Source of the DNA: a virus
Virus record (IMG/VR): IMGVR_UViG_3300025012_000055
Location: 1-64,000 of that record
Strand: one strand, 5' to 3'
Length of the DNA stretch: 64,000 nucleotides
Both the position numbers and the translations under genes were made by a program. The notes under the pieces are model-generated. The model searched no databases. It was not told where the DNA came from and saw only the letters and a list, made by a program, of their open reading frames with translations. Below are positions 9,910 to 20,963 of this stretch, piece after piece. How positions within the stretch are numbered: position 1 is the first letter of the stretch; every line of letters begins with the position of its first letter.

Positions 9910-10881
9910 TTATAAAAATAAATCATATAATCTAAACAATTTTCTTCTTAATTTTTCTCCCTGTTTATTAATAAATAATTGATATTTTTTCATTAGGGAA
10001 TTAACTTGTTCTTCTGTTAAAATATTATATCCAATATCCAATCTATTTGTTGAGGTTAATTTAAAAAAATTCCATAAATATTTAATTTTGTCAATTAAAT
10101 TTAATTTTATTATATAATTTTTAGATTCTTCCATAATTGTAAAAAATATTCTTTTATCATAATTATCAACACCTTTTAAATTACTATTATCAAATTCTTT
10201 AAAAATATTATAATGAATCATAATTATTGAAGTTTTATACCCATCCGTATTTTTAATATATTCTGAAAACCAATTATTAAATTGTTGATTATTTTTAATC
10301 ATTCCCTTTGTCCATCCTTGTTGTTCTAATAGTGATTTTAATTCTCCATATATTCCAGACACCTTAGAATTAATTTCGCTTTCTATTGATCTGTCCAAAA
10401 TATCTACAAATTTATCTACAACTTCTCTATTTTTTTTAATAAATCTTCTTGAAAAATTTGATGCCTCTATTGGTCTTAATCTATCTGCTGTTTTCCTTTT
10501 TCCAAGCATAAAAAATTGTAATGCATGATTAACTTCATGGGGTATATCTTCTAATAAATTATTATTAATAATATTAAAAAATAATATGGTGTTATTATTT
10601 GTTTTTTTAGATTTTCTAATATCAAAATAACTCGCCTGACTTTTATCATTATAATCAATAATAATTTTATTTATTTTAACATTTTCTAATTCTGGCAATT
10701 GATTCTTATTAATTGCGTATTGCCCATATTGTTTATCTTTTAAATAATTTATTAAAAATTTTGATAATATATCAACATCAATATTGGCCCCCAATTTTTC
10801 ATTTAACATTTGAAATACCTTATCTTCTATAAACATTTTAAATTGTTGTTCATTTAATCTTATAATTTTCATATTATGCAC
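9910..10881 (-). CDS. hypothetical protein with HExxH motif, possible internal virion protein
   Basis: PHEVNH; N-terminal MKIIRLNEQQF motif. Confidence 0.6.
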   Translation of the reverse strand: MHNMKIIRLNEQQFKMFIEDKVFQMLNEKLGANIDVDILSKFLINYLKDKQYGQYAINKNQLPELENVKINKIIIDYNDKSQASYFDIRKSKKTNNNTILFFNIINNNLLEDIPHEVNHALQFFMLGKRKTADRLRPIEASNFSRRFIKKNREVVDKFVDILDRSIESEINSKVSGIYGELKSLLEQQGWTKGMIKNNQQFNNWFSEYIKNTDGYKTSIIMIHYNIFKEFDNSNLKGVDNYDKRIFFTIMEESKNYIIKLNLIDKIKYLWNFFKLTSTNRLDIGYNILTEEQVNSLMKKYQLFINKQGEKLRRKLFRLYDLFL

Positions 10882-11356
10882 TTATTTCCTTAGACCATTT
10901 TTCTGACCATATTGTCCAATATGATTTTAATTTTTGAAGTGTTTCAATAACAGAATCTGTTAAATGTAATTGTTCTGATGTTATATAAACTGATTCTATA
11001 TCATCTAATGAATAAATCCATGAAATATTTTCTTTTATAAGTTTACCACTCCACTCCACATTATCACCATAAATTTTAAATTCTCCATATTCAACTGGAG
11101 AAGAAACAGAAGATTCAAATTGTTCTTTTTCTTCTTGTAATTCTTCATCCGTTAATTCTTCATCATCTTCTCTTATAAGTGATTGTTGTTTTTCACCAAA
11201 TAAAAGATTATCTTCTTTTTTTTCATTGTTACTATCATTATAATCCTCTTTAATTAATTGAGATTGAGGTTGGTTTTTAGTTTTATTATATTCTTTCATT
11301 TTTTTGATAAGAGATTTCATTTCATCATATCCATTAATGGTGTTAGTGTTTTTCAT
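10874..11356 (-). CDS. acidic hypothetical protein
   Basis: ORF in late cluster. Confidence 0.7.
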   Translation of the reverse strand: MKNTNTINGYDEMKSLIKKMKEYNKTKNQPQSQLIKEDYNDSNNEKKEDNLLFGEKQQSLIREDDEELTDEELQEEKEQFESSVSSPVEYGEFKIYGDNVEWSGKLIKENISWIYSLDDIESVYITSEQLHLTDSVIETLQKLKSYWTIWSEKWSKEISA

Positions 11357-11412
11357 AATATTTTGTATTTTTTATATAAATATCCCTTAAAACTAAAATA
11401 ATTCATTTTTTA

Positions 11413-11444
11413 TTTGGATATATCAAATATTTTACTTACCTTTG
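11413..11444 (+). promoter_or_regulatory. Bacteroidota-type sigma-A early promoter
   Basis: TTTG-N20-TACCTTTG. Confidence 0.8.
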
Positions 11445-11471
11445 TATTATTAAACTTAAAACTTAAAAACA

Positions 11472-11948
11472 ATGAAAAACAAAATGATAACAAATCAAAC
11501 ATTAAACGCAATTAAAGAAAACATAATTAATGGGGCCAAAGAAAATTTTATTAATGATGGATACCTTGCCCCTGTTGCCATTATTCTTCCCAAAATAGGC
11601 GAATTGAAAATGATTCTTTTAAATCTCTCCACCATTGAAGAAAAAGAAAAAACAGAGTTATTTCTTAAAGAATATGTTATAAATAATAATGCTTTAATGA
11701 TAATGACCATTTCGGAATGCTGGATGAAAAAAATGGATAAAAAAGAATTTGAACTTATTGGGGGGTCATTAAAAAATGTTGAGGATAAAACAGAGGGGGT
11801 TATTATTACATTTGAAACTGCATTTACCTGTGAATTAATTCAATTTGAAATTGATAAAGAAAAACAAATTTTACATAATGAAATGAGAAGCACAGAATAT
11901 GAAGGTAGATTTTCAAATATTCTCAAAAAACCAATAAATGAAAATTAA
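11472..11948 (+). CDS. hypothetical early protein
   Basis: ORF directly after promoter. Confidence 0.75.
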   Translation: MKNKMITNQTLNAIKENIINGAKENFINDGYLAPVAIILPKIGELKMILLNLSTIEEKEKTELFLKEYVINNNALMIMTISECWMKKMDKKEFELIGGSLKNVEDKTEGVIITFETAFTCELIQFEIDKEKQILHNEMRSTEYEGRFSNILKKPINEN

Positions 11949-12089
11949 TCAATAGTTAAATTGGAAAGAAAATAAATGATATTGGGATTTTAAATGCTTA
12001 TTTTTTTAACTATTATTTATTTAAATCATCCACTATATAAATACCTGTTAAATAAGCAAAAGACTAATTATTTTTAAAAAAAATTTAGA

Positions 12090-12989
12090 TTAGAGTCCCT
12101 CTATTATTGTAGAAAATAATTGTGAAGTATCAATTACTTCTTTAATTTGTCTTACTTCATGTGTTGGCTCATTAAAGTTTGGTGAAAGTATTTCAAATTC
12201 ATTAAATTGTTTATAAATATTCTCATCAAAATCATAAATTGTTCTCATCCCAGAACTTAAATCTTTAACTTGATTCCCATATAAACCTATGGCCAAAGTA
12301 TCAATAGAGTGTGAAGTTAATTCTACTTCGATCATCAATGGATTAAAGAAAGTATTTGATATAATTATATCAGTATTTGGTTGCCCTATAATTGGAATTG
12401 CATTGCTTTTTATGCTTGGTGCAGAACTCGGAGTTAATGTACAAAAAACTAAACTACCTGTAGAAGTAAAGCGATATTTCACTGCTTTTTGTGTAACTGT
12501 TTCCAAATTTTCGGTTACAGGCTCGCAACGATTATTCGATGTTATTATCCTAAATAAATTAGGAATTTTACTGCCATCTGGATTTAAATATTCGATCCTA
12601 TATCCAACTAATTGTTGATCAGAAAGTTTATTTTGAAAATCAGATAAATCAGATCTATTAGAATCTAAAATAATTCCTTTAACATCAGGAATTGAACTCA
12701 AATTTCCACAATCAACAATTTTTGTTTTAAATTCTTTTGGTCTTATAACAATATTATAAAATCCTTTTATATTGAAATTTGCTGCTGGTAATTTTAAGCC
12801 ATATAAACCTCCCAATATTTGATTTGGTTGATCTGGGTGATTTACAGGAGTTAAAACATCATTTGGGTCCAATCTGTTCACAGAGCCCAGAATTACACTT
12901 TCTCTTGATGGGGAGAAAGTATAAAATATTTCTACGGATGAGATATCGGGATTTGCACTACGAATTACGCCATAAGATCCAGTTGACAT
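12090..12989 (-). CDS. putative virion structural protein
   Basis: Position in structural operon, beta-rich composition. Confidence 0.6.
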   Translation of the reverse strand: MSTGSYGVIRSANPDISSVEIFYTFSPSRESVILGSVNRLDPNDVLTPVNHPDQPNQILGGLYGLKLPAANFNIKGFYNIVIRPKEFKTKIVDCGNLSSIPDVKGIILDSNRSDLSDFQNKLSDQQLVGYRIEYLNPDGSKIPNLFRIITSNNRCEPVTENLETVTQKAVKYRFTSTGSLVFCTLTPSSAPSIKSNAIPIIGQPNTDIIISNTFFNPLMIEVELTSHSIDTLAIGLYGNQVKDLSSGMRTIYDFDENIYKQFNEFEILSPNFNEPTHEVRQIKEVIDTSQLFSTIIEGL

Positions 12990-13027
12990 TTTAAGTATAT
13001 TTTTATATAAATATTATCTAAATTAAT

Positions 13028-14071
13028 TTATTGTTCTGAAATTATAAAATATTTTCTTTGATATTTTATTAAATGCCCCACCCCCATTATTTCTGCTAAT
13101 CTATAATGATTTTCAAAAACACTCAATTCGTTTCTATCAATAAAAATATCACTATCTATTTTAGGTAATTGAACCAACCCCATTTTAATTTCTTCTTTTA
13201 TTGCTGGAAGTAAAGTGGTATTATATATATTCCAACCAGAAAATACGGTTATATTTGATGGAAGAAAATCAGATGGTATTTTAAAATTTGTTTCATTATT
13301 ATCTATAAATGTTTTATAATCGATTGGGGTAAGAGTATAGTCAATAAATCCTCTGTTAGTATTGATATCTGTTCCACTAAATCTTACCCACTTATTTCCC
13401 GGTTCTGGTTTATTTACAATAAATGGATCAAGTAATTGAAATCTTTTTACTTCATTTAATTTACTGTCGGTTTCACCTGTTATAACATAATTTTGATTTG
13501 TAATAAAATCACTTAATTGAAAATTTTGTGATATCCCTGTTGTTATAATTATTCCAGAACCACTATTATCAGTACCACTATATTCTGATAAAATAACATC
13601 AGTTATTTGCCCAGTAGTAATATTTACTATATCAGCAAAATTTAACCCAGGAATTGATTTATTTATTTTATATACTGTTTTATCAAAATTGGGATTTGGT
13701 TTTGGCATAATCATCTGTACAATAACAGTATCTATTATATTACCAAAAGATATATTTAATTCTGTTCCTATTTGTATTTCAGGAAATAAAACTGAATTAT
13801 CTTCAATTCTTATAAAAAAATTACCAAATACCCCCAGATACATACCAATATCTGAAAATATCTGACCATCACCTTTTGCCAGTTGATTACAATTACCAAA
13901 TATTTCCTTATTAATTTCTTCAGTTATATCAGTATAAAGTCCAATATTATCATATGATTGTTTTAAAAATATTCCAATCTTCAAATCTGGTTGAATAAAA
14001 TTTGGTGGAAATATTGTATTCCCAGATATTGTTAAACCATTTAATATTATTTTTCTTTTTATAAGTTCCAT
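13028..14071 (-). CDS. putative virion structural protein
   Basis: Coupled ORF in structural operon, SGxT-rich. Confidence 0.6.
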   Translation of the reverse strand: MELIKRKIILNGLTISGNTIFPPNFIQPDLKIGIFLKQSYDNIGLYTDITEEINKEIFGNCNQLAKGDGQIFSDIGMYLGVFGNFFIRIEDNSVLFPEIQIGTELNISFGNIIDTVIVQMIMPKPNPNFDKTVYKINKSIPGLNFADIVNITTGQITDVILSEYSGTDNSGSGIIITTGISQNFQLSDFITNQNYVITGETDSKLNEVKRFQLLDPFIVNKPEPGNKWVRFSGTDINTNRGFIDYTLTPIDYKTFIDNNETNFKIPSDFLPSNITVFSGWNIYNTTLLPAIKEEIKMGLVQLPKIDSDIFIDRNELSVFENHYRLAEIMGVGHLIKYQRKYFIISEQ

Positions 14072-14074
14072 TTT

Positions 14075-14821
14075 TTAATTATTGTCTATTACAACTTCAA
14101 TTATTGTCAAACGACTTACTGGTTTACTTTGAAAAGTAGATTGAACAGCATCTATAATTTCATAAGTATTATTTTTATTAAATATAAATTTAAAATATAA
14201 AAATTCATCTTTATAATCATTAGCATTAACTTTACCAGAACCACTTTTTACAGGATTAAAAAAGGATATTCTTTTCCCTGTTTTAGCATTAAAAAAAGTT
14301 AATTTCATAAAAATATCTTTTGGAAAATCAATATCTTTTAAATAATATAAAAAATAACCCTCATCTCCAGGATTAATTAAAAATCTGGATATAATTGATA
14401 TTCTGTCTATATTTTGATTAATAGGTATTGTAGGAATAATGGTACTAAATAATTTAGTTTGTGTTCTTGAATCCATTGAATCATAAAAATCCATCACATA
14501 AAAACTATTTGAAAATACCTTTTTTAATCTGTCATCATTTGAAGTTCCATCAGTGTTAAAACCAATATATTTATAATCAAGATAAAAAGTTTCAGTATCA
14601 CAATCATAAAAATTAATACGGAATTGAATTGGTTTTGGAAATAAAATAGGTGAATATCTAACTTTTTCTAAATCTTTATTTATATTTACAGATTTTCTCT
14701 TTTCTTTTCTTATAAGTTCTTCAATTATTTCTGAATTATCCATCGGGTCAAATTCCAAATTTAATGGAATTATTATATTTGTATCTCCACTTGCGGTTAA
14801 TATTTTATATTTTAAACTCAT
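14075..14821 (-). CDS. putative virion structural protein
   Basis: Coupled ORF in structural operon. Confidence 0.6.
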   Translation of the reverse strand: MSLKYKILTASGDTNIIIPLNLEFDPMDNSEIIEELIRKEKRKSVNINKDLEKVRYSPILFPKPIQFRINFYDCDTETFYLDYKYIGFNTDGTSNDDRLKKVFSNSFYVMDFYDSMDSRTQTKLFSTIIPTIPINQNIDRISIISRFLINPGDEGYFLYYLKDIDFPKDIFMKLTFFNAKTGKRISFFNPVKSGSGKVNANDYKDEFLYFKFIFNKNNTYEIIDAVQSTFQSKPVSRLTIIEVVIDNN

Positions 14822-14827
14822 GTTAAA

Positions 14828-16873
14828 TTAACATTTTTTTGGATCATTATTATCAGTTTGATTTTTATTTTCCTCATCTTTGGAACTTGTTCCTGGGCCA
14901 CTTGGCCCTGGTTCGGGTGTAGATTTATCACCTTCTGCAATACATTTATCTTTTGCATCCAATGGGGACCCCGTTCCACTTCCAAATTTATTGGTAACTT
15001 CAATTGTAGTAGAATCAATTGGTTTTATTGTCATAAACTTCCCACCACCAAAATCAACATTATTAATTGGTGATACCTTTCTCACATATAAATTATAATT
15101 ATCATATAAATAATGATGATCATTAATAAATGGATAATCAACACCATCTCCATCTTCTATTTGACCAATATCTAATAAATCTTTCCATTTCATATTTCCC
15201 TCATTATCTACTTTACTTGCATAAGTTGGAATTCCAATTGTTGTCCCAGTATTTCCTATTTCAATATTGCTAGAAAATTTTTTAATATCTATTTTATAAA
15301 ATGGTTTATAATATTTTATGCTTCCAGTTTCTAAATAAACAATAATATTATCAATAACAACAGAATCTCTAGAAATCCCATTACTATTAAAAGTAAAATC
15401 AAATCCCAAATTTCCGTTTTCTGTACATTGTAAAACCTCTGTATATGTTCCAACTAATGTTCTAATAGTACCTAGGTTATTACCACATTTTACTCTTACT
15501 TCTAATTGTCCATATGATGGATTTGGAACGCTAGTTATATCAAAACTAATTGTATAAAATTTATCTATTTCTAGTTTATTAATACTAACAGAACCTGCCC
15601 AAATTCCCGATGTATTACCATATATATAAAATAATGAATTATTAAGTATTAATATAGTATTTAATGATGTGACTGGATTCAATAATTTCAACCACCCCTT
15701 ATCATAATTATTATCAAAACTATCTTCAAATATAAGATCACCACATTCATTATATCCAAATTTATGAAATCTTGTACTGACAATTTCTTGAGTTAACAAA
15801 TTATGATCAAATAATACTTCATCCCCAATATATGATTCTCCTATATTTTTTGTAAAATTACTAACTGAATCAGTATAAACCCTATTAAATCCTTCTTCTA
15901 ACTCAATCATTTTTGTTGATCCAGATTTAACAATACCTAAATATAAGTCTGAAATTGGTCTTCCCAAATAATCTTTTAATCCAGATATTTCAATATCCTT
16001 ATTAAAAATAAATTGAACGATTTGATCATTAAAAATATTTTTTTCAAACCCAGATTTAAAAACACTATAATCATTAACATCTGTTAATATTTTAAATAAT
16101 CTTCTGTATTTCTTTTTTGATAAACTTTTAGTTTTTATAACTATATTATCAATATCTAAATCATTTCCTATCCCATTTTGAAAACTAAAAGCTATAACAT
16201 TATTAAATGTAGGAATTAATCTTTCGCTATATACTCCATTTGCACTTCTAAAAGTTCCAACAGTATTTCCAAATCGCACTCTTACTCTTCCATTATTTTT
16301 AAGATTTTTTACTTCATATGTGATTTCATATTCTATATCAATATCAATAATGTTTTCTATTACAGCAATAGGACTATTATTAACTCCACTATATCTCATT
16401 ACTCCGTCAATTATTTGTAATGCCGATGTATTTTGTCCAGCAAATCCCCACCCTTTATTGACATTATTATAAAATGTATCTTCAAAAATAATTTCATCAA
16501 ATCCATCGCTTATTGTATCAGAACTAAAAGGATAAAGAATCTGTATTACCCAATTATTCTTGTCTAATAAAGTAATATCATTATTTGATATTTCTTTAAA
16601 TTTTTTAGTAAAAAATATAGTATCCTCTGGGCTTGATGAATTAATATTAGTAATTTTTGTAATTTCATCATATGTTAATAAATTTATTTTACCATATATT
16701 CTATATTGTGTTGACCTTTGCCTTTCAATATTAAATTGTTCATCAAGATTAAATAATGAATTAATATCCCCCTCTCTTAATAATCTATTTTTACTTTCAA
16801 GATTTAATTTAATTTGAAAATCTTGATCCGTAGATAATAAATGTTTTTTACTGGATAATAGATGCTGAGTCAT
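14828..16873 (-). CDS. putative structural protein with two internally repeated carbohydrate-binding-like modules
   Basis: IFEDxFxNNxxKGW..VRVxxGNxxGTxR..IDNI occurs twice. Confidence 0.6.
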   Translation of the reverse strand: MTQHLLSSKKHLLSTDQDFQIKLNLESKNRLLREGDINSLFNLDEQFNIERQRSTQYRIYGKINLLTYDEITKITNINSSSPEDTIFFTKKFKEISNNDITLLDKNNWVIQILYPFSSDTISDGFDEIIFEDTFYNNVNKGWGFAGQNTSALQIIDGVMRYSGVNNSPIAVIENIIDIDIEYEITYEVKNLKNNGRVRVRFGNTVGTFRSANGVYSERLIPTFNNVIAFSFQNGIGNDLDIDNIVIKTKSLSKKKYRRLFKILTDVNDYSVFKSGFEKNIFNDQIVQFIFNKDIEISGLKDYLGRPISDLYLGIVKSGSTKMIELEEGFNRVYTDSVSNFTKNIGESYIGDEVLFDHNLLTQEIVSTRFHKFGYNECGDLIFEDSFDNNYDKGWLKLLNPVTSLNTILILNNSLFYIYGNTSGIWAGSVSINKLEIDKFYTISFDITSVPNPSYGQLEVRVKCGNNLGTIRTLVGTYTEVLQCTENGNLGFDFTFNSNGISRDSVVIDNIIVYLETGSIKYYKPFYKIDIKKFSSNIEIGNTGTTIGIPTYASKVDNEGNMKWKDLLDIGQIEDGDGVDYPFINDHHYLYDNYNLYVRKVSPINNVDFGGGKFMTIKPIDSTTIEVTNKFGSGTGSPLDAKDKCIAEGDKSTPEPGPSGPGTSSKDEENKNQTDNNDPKKC

Positions 16874-19104
16874 TATGAAAAAAATTTTTGTTTAACTAAA
16901 TCTAAAGAATTCGTGGTTCCTCCACCCATTCCAAAATAAAAATAAAAAGAAAATTTTGAATTATTGGTAGAATTATATAATGTTTTCATATTACTACCTT
17001 TATGTGTAATAGATGAATCATAATTACCTCCACCATTATTTTCACACAGCCATTTTCTAATATTATCATCAAAAGTTTCTGATGTTATATCTCCATTTGA
17101 ATTTATAGTTATTTCTTGTCCAATTTCACAAGTTCTTGTAATTATTTCTTCTCTTCCAGATTTTACTATTTGACCACTAATGCCTGTTCCATCAATATCG
17201 GTATTGGTCTCAAAAAATCCTTCATTTTCATAACCTGGCAATTTATAACTGCTGTATGGTAATTTATCAAATAAAAATAAAGCATCTGGATTACTAAATT
17301 CTTCTGTATCTTTAGTTATACTACCCAAATCAGTTATATTTGTTGCAAATAAAAAAACATTTGGGGCAGAACCCGCATGAGAAGCATAAAATGGATTTGT
17401 ACCTCCTGGAACCCAATCAATAAAACCACCATTAGGACCAAAATTATATTGAGTGGCAGAATTGTTTTCAGTAAATCCAGAGTTATCTATGATAAACTTA
17501 TAACCTTGGGGAGATCGGAAACTAAACCATGAGTTCGCATCACTACCATTAGATGGAAGTGTTTTAAAAATAAATGAATATAATGAACCATTAACCCAAT
17601 TATTATAAAAATCATAAGATTTTTCATAACTCTCACTTATAAATTCACTAAGAGAATCATTTACAATAGCGCCTGCATCATATTTAAATGCAACATATGT
17701 TGGAATTGAATATCTGATATTATCCTTTATTCCTGTTAAATTAGTATTAATTCTATTAAATGGAAATTTTAATGACCAAGGGCACTCATTGCCTCTTTGA
17801 ATTCCTAAAAACCTTCTTATTCGTATTAAATTGCTTGAACCATTATATCTAGGAATATATTGCCTAACAGTATATAATCTTTTCCATTTCATTCTATAAT
17901 ACTCTGCGTCATTCTCCCCAAAATGATTACCCATATTTGGGATGCGATAATATCCAAATCTTTTATCCCCAATTAAATCATTCGGATGATTTTTTTCAAA
18001 TCTTATTACAAATCTAACATCTATCTCTGTGGGAAGACCTTTAAATACATCTGATGAATCCACTAATTTACCAAATTCATCTGTAAATTTTCTAGATCTA
18101 TTCATTGGTATAGAAAATGCCCAGTCTCCATGTCTTCCATTTATGCCAAAATCTTGGGTAGGAAGAGATTCTATAGTACCATCTTCTAATTTTGTTGCAG
18201 CAAATACCTTACCAAAACGAGGATCTGGATGAATATGGCATGCATTATTTCTTTCCCCCCATTTATCTGCGTCCGGTTGAAATACGTCTCCATCTGTTTC
18301 AATATAATTATTCTCATGATCAGCATAAATGCTACCAAAAAATATGGAACTTGGTGTTATTTCAAAATTTTGAATATCAAAATCTGTTCTGACAATTCCT
18401 ATTTCACATTGTTCTGAATTACCCCAAAATGGTAATATTTCCACAGATTTATTCTGTGTAACTATTTGTGTTAATTCATTTAAATTTGTTGATTTTTTAA
18501 ACCTTGTATTACTTTCAAATAAATTTTCACTATATCCTTTTTCAATTAATTCAGATGGAGTTGAACTGACAAAACCAATATCACTAAAATCCACATCCAT
18601 ATGAATTGTGTGTGTACCAACTGGAATCCCCATTATCATATAATCCCCAGAACTATTTGTTGTTGTAGTAAATTTATAATATTTTTCATATACTTCCAAA
18701 ACAAGGTCATTGTCCAAAATTTCTCTTTTTGACGGAAATGTTCCAACTGGTTGATGAGTTGTTCTTTGTTTTTCTTTGGATAATAAATTATATCTTATGC
18801 CATCTTCATTTTTATCTGTAACCCCTTTATATGGATATAAAAAATTAATTAATTGATTATTTTCATCTTCTTCTGATAATGGAATAAAAACAGATATTTT
18901 ACAATTTGGAATACCAAAACTTTTTGTTGAAACTCTTCCCACAATACAGCCATAATCTGCACACATGCTTCTAAAAACATCTTCTTGTCTTAATTTTATA
19001 GATAATATATCTAAAGTATCAAAATCACTTGTTAGATATACCTTAATATATTTATCTGGACCATTTGGGGTGGTCCTGATTCTTATGGATTTATTTTCCT
19101 TCAT
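16873..19104 (-). CDS. putative baseplate/tail structural protein
   Basis: 743 aa; prealbumin-like TTTNSSGDYMIMGIPVG segment; first gene of the structural operon. Confidence 0.55.
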   Translation of the reverse strand: MKENKSIRIRTTPNGPDKYIKVYLTSDFDTLDILSIKLRQEDVFRSMCADYGCIVGRVSTKSFGIPNCKISVFIPLSEEDENNQLINFLYPYKGVTDKNEDGIRYNLLSKEKQRTTHQPVGTFPSKREILDNDLVLEVYEKYYKFTTTTNSSGDYMIMGIPVGTHTIHMDVDFSDIGFVSSTPSELIEKGYSENLFESNTRFKKSTNLNELTQIVTQNKSVEILPFWGNSEQCEIGIVRTDFDIQNFEITPSSIFFGSIYADHENNYIETDGDVFQPDADKWGERNNACHIHPDPRFGKVFAATKLEDGTIESLPTQDFGINGRHGDWAFSIPMNRSRKFTDEFGKLVDSSDVFKGLPTEIDVRFVIRFEKNHPNDLIGDKRFGYYRIPNMGNHFGENDAEYYRMKWKRLYTVRQYIPRYNGSSNLIRIRRFLGIQRGNECPWSLKFPFNRINTNLTGIKDNIRYSIPTYVAFKYDAGAIVNDSLSEFISESYEKSYDFYNNWVNGSLYSFIFKTLPSNGSDANSWFSFRSPQGYKFIIDNSGFTENNSATQYNFGPNGGFIDWVPGGTNPFYASHAGSAPNVFLFATNITDLGSITKDTEEFSNPDALFLFDKLPYSSYKLPGYENEGFFETNTDIDGTGISGQIVKSGREEIITRTCEIGQEITINSNGDITSETFDDNIRKWLCENNGGGNYDSSITHKGSNMKTLYNSTNNSKFSFYFYFGMGGGTTNSLDLVKQKFFS

Positions 19105-19159
19105 ATATGATTGTTTTTTATATATAAATATTTCAAATTTAATAATTTTTAATAAGGAC

Positions 19160-19213
19160 TATTGACTTTTTCAAATATTATGTTTATCTTTGTATTATAT
19201 ATTAAAAAAATAA
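19160..19213 (+). repeat. 54-bp perfect inverted repeat (left copy) containing a sigma-A promoter
   Basis: Exact reverse complement of 21082..21135. Confidence 0.9.
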
Positions 19214-19270
19214 AGAACAATAAAATGAAATTTTTATTGCTATTCTATAATTTTTAAAATTAAATAAATT

Positions 19271-19582
19271 ATGAAGAATATATTAAATAAAATTGGAATG
19301 TTTTTGACCAAAAAACTTCATTTATTGTTAGTTGTTTGTAATTTTTTTAAAAAAACAGTTTATTTCTTTGACACATATTTTAAAAAGATACAGTACAAAC
19401 AATTTACAGAGTTATATTTAGAAACAATTTCTCACTCGACATCTTTAAGTATGTTGGTATATACTGACAAACCAGACAAAGAAAAAATAGAAGAGATAAG
19501 AAAAATGAGTGATGATTTTGTTAAACTTACACAGAAATATTCAAAAAAATACAACTTACCAAAATCTATATTACCTTCCTGA
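19271..19582 (+). CDS. hypothetical protein
   Basis: ORF after promoter. Confidence 0.55.
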   Translation: MKNILNKIGMFLTKKLHLLLVVCNFFKKTVYFFDTYFKKIQYKQFTELYLETISHSTSLSMLVYTDKPDKEKIEEIRKMSDDFVKLTQKYSKKYNLPKSILPS

Positions 19583-19855
19583 CAAGTAAACGTATACAAA
19601 GTTTCCTTCATCATCATTATTATCACTTATTGCTAGACCCCTGACAGTAATGTTTTCCTTAATTTTCTTTGATTCTTCTATTGTTGAACATTCTATTACA
19701 GTTTTTGGATCTGGCAATTTATTATATTCATCAATATTGTTAGATAAACTTATTTTCCAAGTTCTCTGTACTTGACCTATTTTATGATGATTATGAATAA
19801 ATCCCACCAGGACCAATAAATTATAATTCATATTACTTTTTTTATTCAGGGACAC
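19571..19855 (-). CDS. hypothetical protein
   Basis: ORF coupled to upstream lipoprotein gene. Confidence 0.5.
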   Translation of the reverse strand: MSLNKKSNMNYNLLVLVGFIHNHHKIGQVQRTWKISLSNNIDEYNKLPDPKTVIECSTIEESKKIKENITVRGLAISDNNDDEGNFVYVYLSGR

Positions 19856-20115
19856 GGATATTCTCCATCACATTTTTTACATTTATAATCATATTCTTTT
19901 TGTCGATGAGTCCATTCTATTAATTCTTGTTCAGTTTGTGATTCATGACGTTGAATCTCAATACTTGACCCACTACCGTGACTTAATTTACCATCAGTAC
20001 AAAAGGTTAACCAATATCCATCCTTTTCACATATATAACATACTTTTTTAACACATCCTGGACTAATAATCAAAATAATTATCAACCCTGAAAACAAGAT
20101 TTTTATTTTTTTCAT
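19846..20115 (-). CDS. small Cys-rich putative lipoprotein
   Basis: MKK + hydrophobic stretch + SPGC lipobox-like; several Cys. Confidence 0.65.
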   Translation of the reverse strand: MKKIKILFSGLIIILIISPGCVKKVCYICEKDGYWLTFCTDGKLSHGSGSSIEIQRHESQTEQELIEWTHRQKEYDYKCKKCDGEYPCP

Positions 20116-20256
20116 AACAATAGGATATTATAATTATTAATTGACAAAGTAATTCATTATTTGTGAATTATCAAAATAAAATATTATTTTTGTAAGATTT
20201 ATTTTATTCTTTTATGTTTCGAAATTACAAACTCACTCAAAAAAACATATTAGACT

Positions 20257-20688
20257 ATGACAAATATTAAAATAACTGAATGTCCCTACTGTAAAGAGGA
20301 AATTAAAGAGGGTGCCATAAAATGTAAACATTGTGGATCTGAATTAGAGACAATTAAAGATTATTCTGGGGGTAGTTATAGTACTATGATAATAAGGGTA
20401 ATATTCATTACTTTATTTAACCTTCTTTTATCTTGGGGTATTATAACATGGTTAGCCAGTGATGGAAGTAAAAATAATATTTTAAGTACTGTTAAACCAG
20501 TATATTCGGTTACTAATGACTTAATTGGTTATTATTCTGATTGGTCACCTTTTTTGGGACACTATGCACATTTATCTATTATAGGTTGGTTTTTAATGTT
20601 GTTAATTTTTAGTGGTTTAGAATATTTTTGGGTATATAAAAAAATACGCAGATTTACGCAAAAAAGAGAGGGATTAAAAACCGAATGA
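20257..20688 (+). CDS. zinc-ribbon membrane protein
   Basis: CPYCKEEIKEGAIKCKHCGS plus two TM helices. Confidence 0.8.
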   Translation: MTNIKITECPYCKEEIKEGAIKCKHCGSELETIKDYSGGSYSTMIIRVIFITLFNLLLSWGIITWLASDGSKNNILSTVKPVYSVTNDLIGYYSDWSPFLGHYAHLSIIGWFLMLLIFSGLEYFWVYKKIRRFTQKREGLKTE

Positions 20689-20930
20689 ATCAAAGACAGA
20701 TTTACAACAAATTCCTGGAAAGTATAAGAAATAAATTTAGAATAAATATTAAACCAGTTAAACCTGATTATTCATCTGAATCTGAACGATTAAGAAATTT
20801 ACCTAAAAAATATCCTACGGAAATACCAAATAAAAATGTACTCAACCACATAAAGAATTTAACATTAAGTGAATGGATTACAATTATTATTGGAATAATA
20901 TCACTCATACTTATGACCATATTTTATTAA
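20685..20930 (+). CDS. small protein with C-terminal TM helix
   Basis: ATGA overlap with previous gene. Confidence 0.65.
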   Translation: MNQRQIYNKFLESIRNKFRINIKPVKPDYSSESERLRNLPKKYPTEIPNKNVLNHIKNLTLSEWITIIIGIISLILMTIFY

Positions 20931-20963
20931 TAAACATTTCGGTATAAAAAACTACAAACAACA

